Source of the DNA: Candidatus Binatia bacterium
GTDB taxonomy: Bacteria; Desulfobacterota; Binatia; Bin18
DNA length: 64,000 nucleotides
Reading direction: 5' to 3'
NCBI GenBank assembly: GCA_963666315.2
Contig: CAXXHG010000043.1
Location: 608,001-672,000 of the forward strand
This document shows positions 49,756 to 59,616 of this stretch, one piece after another. Positions within the stretch are counted from its first letter, which is position 1. Each line of letters opens with the position of its first letter. The notes under the pieces are model-generated. The model did not search any database. It was not told the DNA's origin and saw nothing but the letters and a program-made list of their open reading frames with translations. The position numbers were made by a program, and so were the translations under genes.

Positions 49756-51054
49756 ATGAAAGAAAGAAGAGGAATCGCCCTCATCGCAGGAATGTGTCTT
49801 GCTTTCGGAGGTTTTGTCGGCGCCCCGACCACCCCCGTGCTGGCATCTGGAGATGAGCTCGGCGAGCTGCGCCAGCTGCTCGCCGAGCAGCACAAGGTCA
49901 TGCAGGCGTTGGAGAGTCGCATGATCGAGCTCGAATCCAAAGAAATAGAGCGAGACGAAAAAGGGGTAGATTTCGGTTACGCTGCCGGGACACGAAAAAA
50001 AGGCTTTGCGGCGGAAGACGTGTATGACAACGGCTTCTTCATACGTAGTAAAGATGACCGGTTCTCGCTGAACGTCAACGGGTTCATTCAGGCCAGATAT
50101 ACGTTGACGGCCCCGGATGAAGGGAAAAGTCGAAATAACTTCGACCTTGCCCTCGGCCGGTTAGCGTTCTCGGGCAATGTATTTGATCCCAAGGTGAAAT
50201 ATTTCTTTCAGTATGAAGGAACTACATTCGGGAATAACAACCGCGCAACCATGCTCGACTGGTGGATGCAGTACAGTTACTCCCAGTACTTAAATGTGCA
50301 AGCGGGGCGTTTCATCCTGCCCTATAGTCGCCAATTCTATACTCATCCGGGTAATTTGTTGTTTACAGATTTGTCTGAAGCGGACTATGCGTTCAACTTG
50401 CAACGGGCGGTTGGTGCGAATATCAGCGGAAAAGTTGGCCGTCTGTCCTACCACGGTGTAGTGACCAACAGTATTCGGGCACTGGATGCTGGGGGACAGC
50501 AGAATACCGGAGCAGAGGTCGCTTGGCAGGGTCGCTTAGAATACGACATCCTCGACTCGTATGGCTATCTGGAAAGCTCACCCACCCCAGCCTCAACACC
50601 GCAGCTGTCGATTGGAATCGCGGCGGCCTTCAATCCGGTTGACGAGGGATCGCGCTTTCAGAACGTGATGCCCGGTGACCGAACGACCAATGTCACCATA
50701 GACGGCGGATTTCGCTATCTGGGCTTAAGCCTGCAGGCCGCCGGGTATTTTCGCAGGAATAATTATGCAGCCATTAGCGCGATCGGCCATGACTGGGGCT
50801 ATTATGGTCAGATCGGCTATTACATCACTGAAAACTTAGAGCTGGCCGGCCGGGTATCTGGCGTAGATTTTCAGTTTGCCAATAACCCCCGCACAGGTGG
50901 TGACGTGCGCGAGTATATGGCCGGCTTCAACTACTATCTGTATGGCCACAATGTCAAACTGCAGGTGGACTACAGTTACCTGGACGGTGATCCGTTCTTC
51001 GGTAATAGCACGCATACAAATCGTCTTCGTATTCAGACCCAAGTTTTATTCTAA
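49756..51054 (+). CDS. Outer-membrane porin (OprO/OprP-like), probable urea/amide porin
   Basis: Signal peptide, coiled coil, YDNGFFI, alternating beta strands, NYY..GHNVKLQ.DY, terminal F; first gene of the urt operon. Confidence 0.8.
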   Translation: MKERRGIALIAGMCLAFGGFVGAPTTPVLASGDELGELRQLLAEQHKVMQALESRMIELESKEIERDEKGVDFGYAAGTRKKGFAAEDVYDNGFFIRSKDDRFSLNVNGFIQARYTLTAPDEGKSRNNFDLALGRLAFSGNVFDPKVKYFFQYEGTTFGNNNRATMLDWWMQYSYSQYLNVQAGRFILPYSRQFYTHPGNLLFTDLSEADYAFNLQRAVGANISGKVGRLSYHGVVTNSIRALDAGGQQNTGAEVAWQGRLEYDILDSYGYLESSPTPASTPQLSIGIAAAFNPVDEGSRFQNVMPGDRTTNVTIDGGFRYLGLSLQAAGYFRRNNYAAISAIGHDWGYYGQIGYYITENLELAGRVSGVDFQFANNPRTGGDVREYMAGFNYYLYGHNVKLQVDYSYLDGDPFFGNSTHTNRLRIQTQVLF

Positions 51055-51082
51055 AAGTACAAAACAGAGGAGGAAAAAGAAG

Positions 51083-52429
51083 ATGGGAGCACGTTTGTAT
51101 ACCCCAAGCTTTTTCGGTTCTTTACGTTCTTTATGGCGCACCCATTCGCGGAGTGCCGTCGTCGTGCTTGGAGCCCTTATCTACGCATTGACCACGGCAG
51201 CCGTCGTCCGGGCAGCCGACCCGATCAAAGTCGGTATTCTGCACTCGCTCAGTGGGACCATGGCGATCAGTGAAACCTCGCTGAAAGACGTGGCGTTAAT
51301 GACGATCGAAGAGATCAACGATAATGGCGGGGTGCTTGGACGCCAGATCGAGCCTGTTGTTGTAGACCCGGCCTCAGACTGGCCGTTGTTTGCTGAGAAG
51401 GCTCGGGGACTGATTCAACAGGAGAAAGTCGCGGTGGTGTTTGGCTGCTGGACCTCAGTGTCACGAAAATCTGTCTTGCCGGTGTTTGAAGAGCTGAACG
51501 GCCTGCTCTTCTACCCGGTTCAGTATGAAGGCGAGGAGTCCTCGTACAACGTCTTCTACACCGGTGCCGCCCCAAACCAGCAAGCCATCCCTGCGGTTGA
51601 GTATTTAATGAGCGAAGACGGTGGGGGGGCCGAGCGGTTTGTGCTCCTGGGAACCGACTATGTCTATCCACGCACCACCAATAAGATTCTCAACTACTTT
51701 CTGGAATCTAAAGGGGTCGCGAAAAAAGACATTATGGAGCTGTACACCCCCTTTGGTCATAGCGACTATCAGACCATAGTGGCGGATATTAAGAAGTTCG
51801 CCGCGGGCAAGCCAACGGCGGTGGTTTCGACCATTAACGGCGACTCGAACGTGCCGTTCTACAAAGAACTTGCCAACCAGGGTCTGAAGGCAGAGGACAT
51901 TCCGGTTATTGCGTTTTCGGTCGGCGAAGAAGAGTTGCGAGGGATTGATACCAAGCCGCTGGTGGGTCATCTGGCTGCATGGAACTACTTCATGTCGGTG
52001 GATACGCCGGAAAATAAAGAGTTCGTGGCGAAGTGGAACGCATATGTCAAGAAACACGACCTCCCTGGTGGAGCCAAACGTGTGACAAATGACCCGATGG
52101 AGGCGACCTATATCGGCATCAAGATGTGGGCCCAGGCGGTGGAACAGGCGGGCACGACGGACGTAGATGCCGTCCGCCAGGCGGTCGGGGGTCAGGTCGT
52201 TCGTGCCCCGTCCGGTTTTGATATTACGATGGACGCCAAGAACCATCACCTGCACAAGCCGGTCTTAATTGCCGAGGTACAGGCAGACGGTCAATTCGAC
52301 ATCGTCTGGAATACCGAGGGACCCGTCCGGGCCCAAGCCTGGAGCCCTTTTATTCCAGATAGTGCCAAGAAGGTGGCTGACTGGACGTACCCCTGGGTGT
52401 GCGGTAATTGTACCGAGCCCAGATTCTAG
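51083..52429 (+). CDS. urtA: Urea ABC transporter substrate-binding protein
   Basis: GILHSLSGTMAISE, FGCWTSVSRK, YPVQYEG, GAAPNQQ, STINGDSN. Confidence 0.96.
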   Translation: MGARLYTPSFFGSLRSLWRTHSRSAVVVLGALIYALTTAAVVRAADPIKVGILHSLSGTMAISETSLKDVALMTIEEINDNGGVLGRQIEPVVVDPASDWPLFAEKARGLIQQEKVAVVFGCWTSVSRKSVLPVFEELNGLLFYPVQYEGEESSYNVFYTGAAPNQQAIPAVEYLMSEDGGGAERFVLLGTDYVYPRTTNKILNYFLESKGVAKKDIMELYTPFGHSDYQTIVADIKKFAAGKPTAVVSTINGDSNVPFYKELANQGLKAEDIPVIAFSVGEEELRGIDTKPLVGHLAAWNYFMSVDTPENKEFVAKWNAYVKKHDLPGGAKRVTNDPMEATYIGIKMWAQAVEQAGTTDVDAVRQAVGGQVVRAPSGFDITMDAKNHHLHKPVLIAEVQADGQFDIVWNTEGPVRAQAWSPFIPDSAKKVADWTYPWVCGNCTEPRF

Positions 52430-52468
52430 CCTACCGAACTTAGATCAACTCGATTCGGAGGGAGAGAT

Positions 52469-52503
52469 GGGCCCGTTGATCTCATATGTAGATTAACGGG
52501 CCC
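52469..52503 (+). terminator. Intra-operon hairpin after urtA
   Basis: GGGCCCGTTGATCT-N7-AGATTAACGGGCCC. Confidence 0.6.
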
Positions 52504-52517
52504 TTGTCGTTGCCCGT

Positions 52518-54188
52518 ATGCAGATGACCGTGGAAATTTTACCTTGGCGATGGGCCTTAGGGCTCATGCTGGGCGCGGCATTTGGTATCTGGGCGGCGCC
52601 GGCGAGCGCGTCTGATCTGCAATCTGCACTGGCCGGATTAGGGGCAAAGCGGCGGAGTGATATTAAGCAAGCCGTTGTCGCGCTTGGTACGCTGAATGAT
52701 CCAGCTGCGTTGCCCGCGCTCGAAGCCTTGCGCGACCGACGTTTGCGGGTAGATGCGGCAGGCCGCGTCTATATTAGTAGCGAGGATGGGAAGGCTGGCG
52801 ACGCTGGGAAGACTGGAGATACATTCTCTCTAGCGTCGGGTGGAGGGCCGGTTGGCGTTGATGTCAGTCAGTTGCGTACTCCGCGCATCAATAATGTCGT
52901 GCGACGTTCTCTGCGGGTGGTGATTGCGCAGCTCCAATTGCACTCGTCGGATGCCGGCGTTCGCTTGGCTGCAGCCCAGGAATTAAATAAACAGCCCCGG
53001 GCCACACTGCTGGGGGTTCTGCGCGTAGCATTTGACAAGGAAAACGATCCGGCTGTTCGTAACGCCCTAGCGGTTGGGTTAGCCCAAATGCAACTGAAGA
53101 GTGAGGACGGACAAGAACGCTTGGCTGCGATAGCGATGATACGAGAGTCTGGCAATCTCGGCCTCAAATCGCAACTAGAGGCGCTGCTTGCAAAAAATGA
53201 GGATGGCTCGTTCGTCGAGGCTGAGGTGGCGATTCGTGTGGCGGCAGGGAAGGCGTTGGAGAGTTTTGAGCGCACCCAGTTCCTCATTAATACCGCAGGG
53301 AATTTGTTCTACGGGATCAGTCTTGGCAGCATATTGTTGCTCGCTGCGCTGGGTCTTGGCATCACTTTCGGTTTGATGGGAGTGATCAATATGGCGCATG
53401 GCGAGATGTTGATGCTCGGCGCGTATGCGACGTATGTCGTCCAGGGCTTCTTCCAGGAGAGTCTGCCGAATTTTTTCGATTGGTATCTCGCGGCTGCTAT
53501 TCCGGCCGCATTTGGCGTGTGCCTGCTGACCGGCATGATCTTGGAGCGCGGGATTATTCGTTTCTTATACGGACGCCCACTGGAAACCCTGCTGGCCACG
53601 TGGGGGATTAGTCTCGTCCTTATTCAAACTGTCCGTCTGCTGTTTGGGGCGCAGAATGTTCAGGTCGCCAACCCGGCTTGGCTATCCGGCGGAATAGAGG
53701 TGCTGTATGGCGTTGTCCTGCCGTATAGCCGGATAGCCATTATCGTTTTTGTGGTGCTGGTGGTTGGACTGGTGTGGATCATCCTGCAGCGGACGCGCCT
53801 CGGCTTACAAGTCCGGGCGGTGACACAGAATCGGCCTATGGCGGCATGCATGGGGATCTCGGCTGCACGCGTGGATATGTGGACCTTTGGGTTAGGTTCG
53901 GGTATTGCGGGTCTGGGTGGCGTTGCTTTGTCCCAGATCGGCAACGTCGGACCCGAACTGGGGCGATTGTATATCGTCGATTCGTTTATGGTTGTGGTGC
54001 TTGGTGGGGTAGGCAGTATTGTCGGTACGGTCGTTGGGGCGTTGGGACTCGGACTCGTGAATAAGCTGCTCGAACCGGTGTCGGGAGCCGTATTGGGCAA
54101 GATCGGCGTCCTCATTTTTGTGGTGTTATTCATCCAGCGTCGTCCGCAAGGGCTTTTCGCGCTCAAGGGCCGCATGGCCGAAGGGTAA
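52518..54188 (+). CDS. urtB: Urea ABC transporter permease with periplasmic HEAT-like N-terminus
   Basis: GLMGVINMAHGE, GRPLETLLATWG, YIVDSFMVVV.GG. Confidence 0.95.
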   Translation: MQMTVEILPWRWALGLMLGAAFGIWAAPASASDLQSALAGLGAKRRSDIKQAVVALGTLNDPAALPALEALRDRRLRVDAAGRVYISSEDGKAGDAGKTGDTFSLASGGGPVGVDVSQLRTPRINNVVRRSLRVVIAQLQLHSSDAGVRLAAAQELNKQPRATLLGVLRVAFDKENDPAVRNALAVGLAQMQLKSEDGQERLAAIAMIRESGNLGLKSQLEALLAKNEDGSFVEAEVAIRVAAGKALESFERTQFLINTAGNLFYGISLGSILLLAALGLGITFGLMGVINMAHGEMLMLGAYATYVVQGFFQESLPNFFDWYLAAAIPAAFGVCLLTGMILERGIIRFLYGRPLETLLATWGISLVLIQTVRLLFGAQNVQVANPAWLSGGIEVLYGVVLPYSRIAIIVFVVLVVGLVWIILQRTRLGLQVRAVTQNRPMAACMGISAARVDMWTFGLGSGIAGLGGVALSQIGNVGPELGRLYIVDSFMVVVLGGVGSIVGTVVGALGLGLVNKLLEPVSGAVLGKIGVLIFVVLFIQRRPQGLFALKGRMAEG

Positions 54189-54192
54189 GGAC

Positions 54193-55407
54193 GTGCCGAA
54201 CGCCTCATCCATATCTCGCGAATCCAGCGAAAGCCCAACTCGACTCCTTGTGCAGCCCGCGGCGCAGCAGACTGCGGCGCAGCAGACGGCAGGGGCGGCG
54301 TCTGCGGGTTCCGAGAGACCGCGCCTCCATACCCGTCGGGAGTGGATCCTCATAGGGACACTGACCGCAATCACGCTCATACTGGTGCCCGTCTTCAACC
54401 AGTTACCGGCTGAGTCTGCGGTGCATCTTCCTGATTATTTCATCCCGCTGTTCGGAAAATTTCTGTGTTATGCGCTGGTGGCCTTGGCCGTTGACCTGAT
54501 CTGGGGCTACGCGGGCATCCTCAGCTTGGGGCACGGCGTGTTCTTCGCCCTCGGCGGCTATCCCATGGGCATGTATCTGATGCGTGCGATTGGGACAGAA
54601 GGCGTCTACCGGAGTGCGCTCCCGGACTTTATGGTGTTTCTCGATTGGAAGGAACTGCCGTGGTTCTGGTACGGGTTCAGTAACTTTGGATTTGCGCTGC
54701 TGATGGCGCTTTTCGTGCCCGGATTCCTGGCCTATATCTTTGGCTATTTTGCATTTCGTTCCCGTATCCGCGGGGTATATTTTTCCATTATTACTCAGAC
54801 CATGACGTATGCCCTGATGCTGCTCTTTTTCCGGAATAATACTGGCTTTGGCGGGAATAATGGCCTGACCGACTTTAAGCGTATTCTGGGCTTTTCCCTG
54901 CAGGCGCAGTCGACCAAGCTCGGTCTGTATATGGTCTCGGTCGTGGTTTTATTGGGCGCCTATCTGATGTGTCGCTATCTGGTGGTCTCGAAGCTCGGCC
55001 GTGTATTGACCGCCGTGCGTGACGCCGAGAGTCGGCTCATGTTCTGCGGCTACAATCCGCACAGCTATAAACTGTTTTTATGGACGCTGTCGGCCGTCAT
55101 GTGTGGTCTGGCGGGAGCTTTATATGCGCCTCAGGTCGGTATTATTAATCCGAGTGAAATGCAGCCCTCGAACTCTATTGAGATGACCATCTGGGTGGCA
55201 GTGGGCGGGCGAGGAACCCTGTCCGGAGCGCTTGTCGGTGCATTTTTGGTGAATGGGCTGAAGAGTTGGTGTACGACTGCGTTTCCCGATCTGTGGCTAT
55301 ATATCCTGGGCGTTTTGTTCATCGCTGTCACCTTGTTCCTGCCGCGTGGCATTGTCGGCCTCTTGCCGACCAATGATGAGTCAACGAAGACCCGGGCGCA
55401 GTCATGA
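54193..55407 (+). CDS. urtC: Urea ABC transporter permease
   Basis: WGYAGILSLGHG, LPDFM, GVYFSIITQ, AVGGRGTL. Confidence 0.95.
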   Translation: MPNASSISRESSESPTRLLVQPAAQQTAAQQTAGAASAGSERPRLHTRREWILIGTLTAITLILVPVFNQLPAESAVHLPDYFIPLFGKFLCYALVALAVDLIWGYAGILSLGHGVFFALGGYPMGMYLMRAIGTEGVYRSALPDFMVFLDWKELPWFWYGFSNFGFALLMALFVPGFLAYIFGYFAFRSRIRGVYFSIITQTMTYALMLLFFRNNTGFGGNNGLTDFKRILGFSLQAQSTKLGLYMVSVVVLLGAYLMCRYLVVSKLGRVLTAVRDAESRLMFCGYNPHSYKLFLWTLSAVMCGLAGALYAPQVGIINPSEMQPSNSIEMTIWVAVGGRGTLSGALVGAFLVNGLKSWCTTAFPDLWLYILGVLFIAVTLFLPRGIVGLLPTNDESTKTRAQS

Positions 55408-56231
55408 CTGCGCATGTCACACAAGAAGGCCCCGGCTGGGAAGGCAATCCGGCCTTGGCGCACATTGCCCGGCCCGGCGAGATCGATACGAGTCATGGTG
55501 TTATCCTGTATATCGAAAATCTCACTGTCAGTTTTGACGGCTTCAAGGCCCTGGATGGCCTGAATTTTTACCTGAACACCGGCGAGCTGCGCTGCCTGAT
55601 TGGTCCGAACGGGGCTGGAAAAACCACGCTCATGGATGTGATTACCGGGAAAACTCGGCCGGATACGGGCACGGTGTTTTTCGGAAATGTGGTGGATCTC
55701 ACCCAGCTGTCGGAGTACGAAATCGCCCTGGCCGGAATTGGACGCAAGTTTCAGCGACCGACGGTATTTCAGGGACATAGCGTTTTTGAGAACCTGGAAT
55801 TGGCGATGCAGGCCGATAAGGGCGTGTGGCAGAGTCTTATCGCCCGGCTGACGGGTGAACAGCGCACGCGGATTGAAGCCACGGCGGAAACTATTGGTCT
55901 CATCGGACAGCTGCATACCCGGGCAGGGTTATTATCCCACGGGCAAAAACAATGGTTAGAAATCGGCATGCTGTTGATGCAAGATCCACAGCTGCTGTTA
56001 GTCGACGAGCCGGTCGCCGGGATGACCCAGCATGAGACCGAGCGCACGGCCGAGCTACTGGTGTCGCTTGCGGGCAAACGGACTGTGGTAGTGGTCGAGC
56101 ACAACATGGAGTTTGTGCGGAGCTTGGCCCGCCAGGTGACGGTACTTCACGAAGGGCGTATCCTGGCCGAAGGCACGATGGAGGCTGTGCAGAATGACCC
56201 ACGGGTGGTTGAGGTGTATTTAGGAACGTAG
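55404..56231 (+). CDS. urtD: Urea ABC transporter ATPase
   Basis: GPNGAGKT, GRKFQ, LSHGQKQWLEIGM. Confidence 0.96.
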   Translation: MTAHVTQEGPGWEGNPALAHIARPGEIDTSHGVILYIENLTVSFDGFKALDGLNFYLNTGELRCLIGPNGAGKTTLMDVITGKTRPDTGTVFFGNVVDLTQLSEYEIALAGIGRKFQRPTVFQGHSVFENLELAMQADKGVWQSLIARLTGEQRTRIEATAETIGLIGQLHTRAGLLSHGQKQWLEIGMLLMQDPQLLLVDEPVAGMTQHETERTAELLVSLAGKRTVVVVEHNMEFVRSLARQVTVLHEGRILAEGTMEAVQNDPRVVEVYLGT

Positions 56232-56251
56232 GAAAGTGGGCTGGGGCGGCA

Positions 56252-56947
56252 ATGATCAAAATTCGCGGACTCAACCAAGCGTACGGAGAGAGTCATATCT
56301 TATGGGATGTTGAGTTGACTGTCCCGACGGGATCCTGCACCTGCCTCATGGGCCGCAATGGGGTCGGCAAGACGACGCTGCTCAAAACGATTATGGGCAC
56401 GTTGCCCATCACGTCAGGCAGCCTCCAGTTCGAGGGCAGTGAATTAAGCCATCGTCCCGCCGAGCTGCGCGCGCGCCTGGGCATAGGCTATGTCCCGCAG
56501 GGACGAGAGATCTTTCCTCAACTGACGGTGGAGGAGAATTTGCGCCTCGGCCTGCAGGCTCGTCGGGATAATGTATGGGCTATCCCGGAGTCTGTCTTTC
56601 ATTTTTTTCCGGTCCTGCAACAGATGTTAGGCCGTCGGGGTGGAGACCTGTCTGGTGGGCAACAACAGCAGCTTGCCATCGCCCGAGCCTTGGTGATTGA
56701 TCCCAAGCTGCTGATTCTCGACGAGCCGACGGAAGGCATACAGCCGAACATCGTGCACGAGATCGGGAAAATTCTCCTGCGGCTGAATCGAGAAGAGAAT
56801 CTCACTATTTTACTGGTCGAGCAGAAACTCCCCTTTGCCCGACGTTTGGCTGATGCGTTTGCGGTCATGGAAAAAGGATCTATCGTTGCCGCCGGGGCCA
56901 TTGCGGATTTGAATGATGACGTGGTGCGCAGACATTTATCTGTATGA
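56252..56947 (+). CDS. urtE: Urea ABC transporter ATPase
   Basis: GRNGVGKT, VPQGREIF, LSGGQQQQ, DEPTEGIQP. Confidence 0.96.
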   Translation: MIKIRGLNQAYGESHILWDVELTVPTGSCTCLMGRNGVGKTTLLKTIMGTLPITSGSLQFEGSELSHRPAELRARLGIGYVPQGREIFPQLTVEENLRLGLQARRDNVWAIPESVFHFFPVLQQMLGRRGGDLSGGQQQQLAIARALVIDPKLLILDEPTEGIQPNIVHEIGKILLRLNREENLTILLVEQKLPFARRLADAFAVMEKGSIVAAGAIADLNDDVVRRHLSV

Positions 56948-56969
56948 CGAGAAGTGAAGGAGCAGTGTC

Positions 56970-57272
56970 ATGAACCTCACCCCACGTGAGCAAGAGAAAT
57001 TGCTGATCTATGTCGCTGCCCAGTTGGCGCGTGAACGACGTGCTCGTGGTCTCAAGCTCAACTATCCTGAGGCCATGGCCCTGATCACCAGTGCGATTCT
57101 CGAAGGAGCGCGGGACGGCCAATCCGTTGTAGACTTGATGTCGTACGGTGCCACCATTCTGACGCGTGAAGATGTGATGGACGGCATTCCGGAGATGATT
57201 GATCTAGTCCAGGTGGAAGCGACATTTCAGGACGGTACCAAGCTTGTCAGCGTGCATCAGCCTATTCGGTAA
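56970..57272 (+). CDS. ureA: Urease gamma subunit
   Basis: [31 protein letters not shown]. Confidence 0.97.
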   Translation: MNLTPREQEKLLIYVAAQLARERRARGLKLNYPEAMALITSAILEGARDGQSVVDLMSYGATILTREDVMDGIPEMIDLVQVEATFQDGTKLVSVHQPIR

Positions 57273-57281
57273 GGAGGACGT

Positions 57282-59000
57282 ATGAGTCGGACAATTGAAC
57301 GACGCCACTACGCTGAGATGTTTGGCCCGACGACGGGCGATCGGCTCCGGTTGGCTGACACCGAGTTGATCATCGAAATTGAGCAGGATCACACCGTATA
57401 CGGAGATGAGGTCAAGTTCGGTGGGGGCAAGGTGATACGCGACGGTATGGGCCAATCGCCTCTCCACACCTCTGCTCAGGGTGCTCCCGACCTCGTTATT
57501 ACGAACGCGGTTATTCTTGATCACTGGGGCATAGTCAAAGCCGATGTCGGGATCAAAGATGGGCGTATTTGCGGTATCGGCAAGGCCGGGAATCCATTGC
57601 TCATGGATGGAGTCTGCCCAGAACTCGTGATTGGGCCTGGCACAGAAATTCTCGCAGGGGAAGGCAAGATTCTTACTGCTGGCGGACTGGACGTGCATAT
57701 CCATTTCATCTGCCCCCAGCAGATTACCGAAGCACTCGCCTCGGGCGTGACGACGATGATAGGCGGTGGCACTGGTCCGGCCACCGGTACGAATGCGACG
57801 ACGTGCACACCCGGGGCGTGGAATATCGCCCGTATGTTGGAGTCGATTGAACACTATCCGCTCAATTTCGGCTTTCTGGCTAAGGGTAACGCCTCTCGAC
57901 CTGAGGCCCTCCATGAGCAGATCGAAGCCGGGGCGGTAGGCCTCAAGTTGCATGAAGACTGGGGCTCGACTCCTGCGGCTATTGATACCGCTCTCTCGGT
58001 GGCAGACGAACACGATGTCCAGGTCGCCATACACACCGACACGCTGAACGAGACCGGCTTTGTTGAGGATACAATCGCCGCGTTCAAAGGCCGTACCATA
58101 CATACCTACCATACTGAAGGAGCCGGCGGCGGGCATGCTCCCGATATTATCAAGGTGTGTGGATTGCCGAATGTACTACCGTCTTCAACAAATCCGACCC
58201 GGCCCTTTACCGTCAACACAATAGACGAGCATCTGGATATGCTTATGGTCTGCCACCACCTCGACCCAGACGTCCCTGAAGACGTGGCCTTTGCCGAGTC
58301 CCGCATTCGACCCGAGACGATAGCCGCTGAGGATGTCCTGCACGATATTGGGGCCTTTAGTATGATGGCATCTGACTCGCAAGCCATGGGTAGAGTCGGA
58401 GAAGTCATTATTCGGACGTGGCAGACCGCTCACAAAATGAGAGTTCAACGCGGCCGACTTTCAGAAGAAATCGGCCAGAATGATAATTTTCGGGTCAAAC
58501 GCTATGTGGCAAAATATACCATCAACCCGGCATTAGCCCATGGGATTGCGAGCCATGTCGGTTCGGTTGAGGCTGGCAAACTGGCAGATCTGGTGCTCTG
58601 GCAGCCCGCATTCTTTGGAGTCAAACCCGACATTGTTTTAAAAGGCGGTTTTATCGTCTGGGCAGCAATGGGTGATGCCAATGCGTCGATCCCGACCCCA
58701 CAGCCGGTATTTGGGCGGCCTATGTTTGGACACTTCGGGCGCGCACCGGCAACGCTTTCGTATAGTTTCGTCTCGCGTGCAGCCTATGACCGTGGGATTG
58801 CTCAGCAGCTGGGCCTGCAAAAACAGGTCATGCCTGTACAGGACTGTCGGAGCGTGCAGAAAAAGGACCTGGTGCATAATCAGCTAATGCCGCATATAGA
58901 GGTCAACCCGGAGACGTATGTGGTGAAGGCCGACGGCGAGGTGCTGACGTGCGAGCCTGCCCGAACGCTGCCCTTGGCCCAGCGCTATTTTCTTTTCTAA
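57282..59000 (+). CDS. ureC: Urease alpha subunit
   Basis: [45 protein letters not shown]. Confidence 0.98.
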   Translation: MSRTIERRHYAEMFGPTTGDRLRLADTELIIEIEQDHTVYGDEVKFGGGKVIRDGMGQSPLHTSAQGAPDLVITNAVILDHWGIVKADVGIKDGRICGIGKAGNPLLMDGVCPELVIGPGTEILAGEGKILTAGGLDVHIHFICPQQITEALASGVTTMIGGGTGPATGTNATTCTPGAWNIARMLESIEHYPLNFGFLAKGNASRPEALHEQIEAGAVGLKLHEDWGSTPAAIDTALSVADEHDVQVAIHTDTLNETGFVEDTIAAFKGRTIHTYHTEGAGGGHAPDIIKVCGLPNVLPSSTNPTRPFTVNTIDEHLDMLMVCHHLDPDVPEDVAFAESRIRPETIAAEDVLHDIGAFSMMASDSQAMGRVGEVIIRTWQTAHKMRVQRGRLSEEIGQNDNFRVKRYVAKYTINPALAHGIASHVGSVEAGKLADLVLWQPAFFGVKPDIVLKGGFIVWAAMGDANASIPTPQPVFGRPMFGHFGRAPATLSYSFVSRAAYDRGIAQQLGLQKQVMPVQDCRSVQKKDLVHNQLMPHIEVNPETYVVKADGEVLTCEPARTLPLAQRYFLF

Positions 59001-59001
59001 A

Positions 59002-59040
59002 GAGCGGGACGAGGCTACGTCGACTGGCTCGTCCCTTCTC
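59002..59040. terminator. Hairpin after ureC
   Basis: GGGACGAG (59006-59013) pairs with CTCGTCCC (59028-59035). Confidence 0.5.
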
Positions 59041-59149
59041 GTCAGTCGATGAGACTCGCGTTCGAAATAAATTTTCGTACAGGTCTTGAGAGAGATCGCA
59101 AACAATATGCTGCTCAGGTCACCGCAAGGTTGACGCAGCGAGATTGAAA

Positions 59150-59335
59150 ACAAGAGCGGGGAAGAAAGAAGTCATGAGAGGTGAGGGTCAGCAGAACAGG
59201 GAAACACACAAGTAGCAGCGAGAAGGGAAGGCTAAGGGCGGCTGGAGGGACAGCCGCCCCAGGGGCGTCTAGAAGAGGGCGGAAGGAAGGCTAACCCTCT
59301 TCTAAAACTCAATAATGAGCATTGACTTACAAGTG
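59150..59335 (-). ncRNA. Candidate sigma-54-dependent small RNA
   Basis: Two perfect hairpins (10 and 9 bp) with C/U-rich loops, duplicated UUAGCCUUCC, no credible ORF, sigma-54 promoter directly upstream; ends approximate. Confidence 0.6.
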
Positions 59336-59343
59336 AGGTATAG

Positions 59344-59360
59344 AGCATGAAGTATGCCAG
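59344..59360 (-). promoter_or_regulatory. Sigma-54 promoter with no protein-coding gene downstream
   Basis: CTGGCATACTTCATGCT (TGGCA, GG-N10-GC). Confidence 0.7.
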
Positions 59361-59616
59361 GTTGAATGACTAGGAAATACTACGCTTTTTGTTGTTTTCT
59401 GCTTTGGGCTGCTTATCTTTTTAGCAATGGGCTCGTCCTGAACTGTTACTCTTCCAACAGGGGCAGGAGAGAGCTGTGTTGCTCTTTTGACTTTCTCTGT
59501 CTTGAGCGATTAATGAAGGCATGCAACTGAAACGCAATCTAACAGGCAGTAAGCCTGAACATGACACTGCGTTTCGGATATGACAGAAAAATACGACCAC
59601 GCTGACCAACGGCGGC

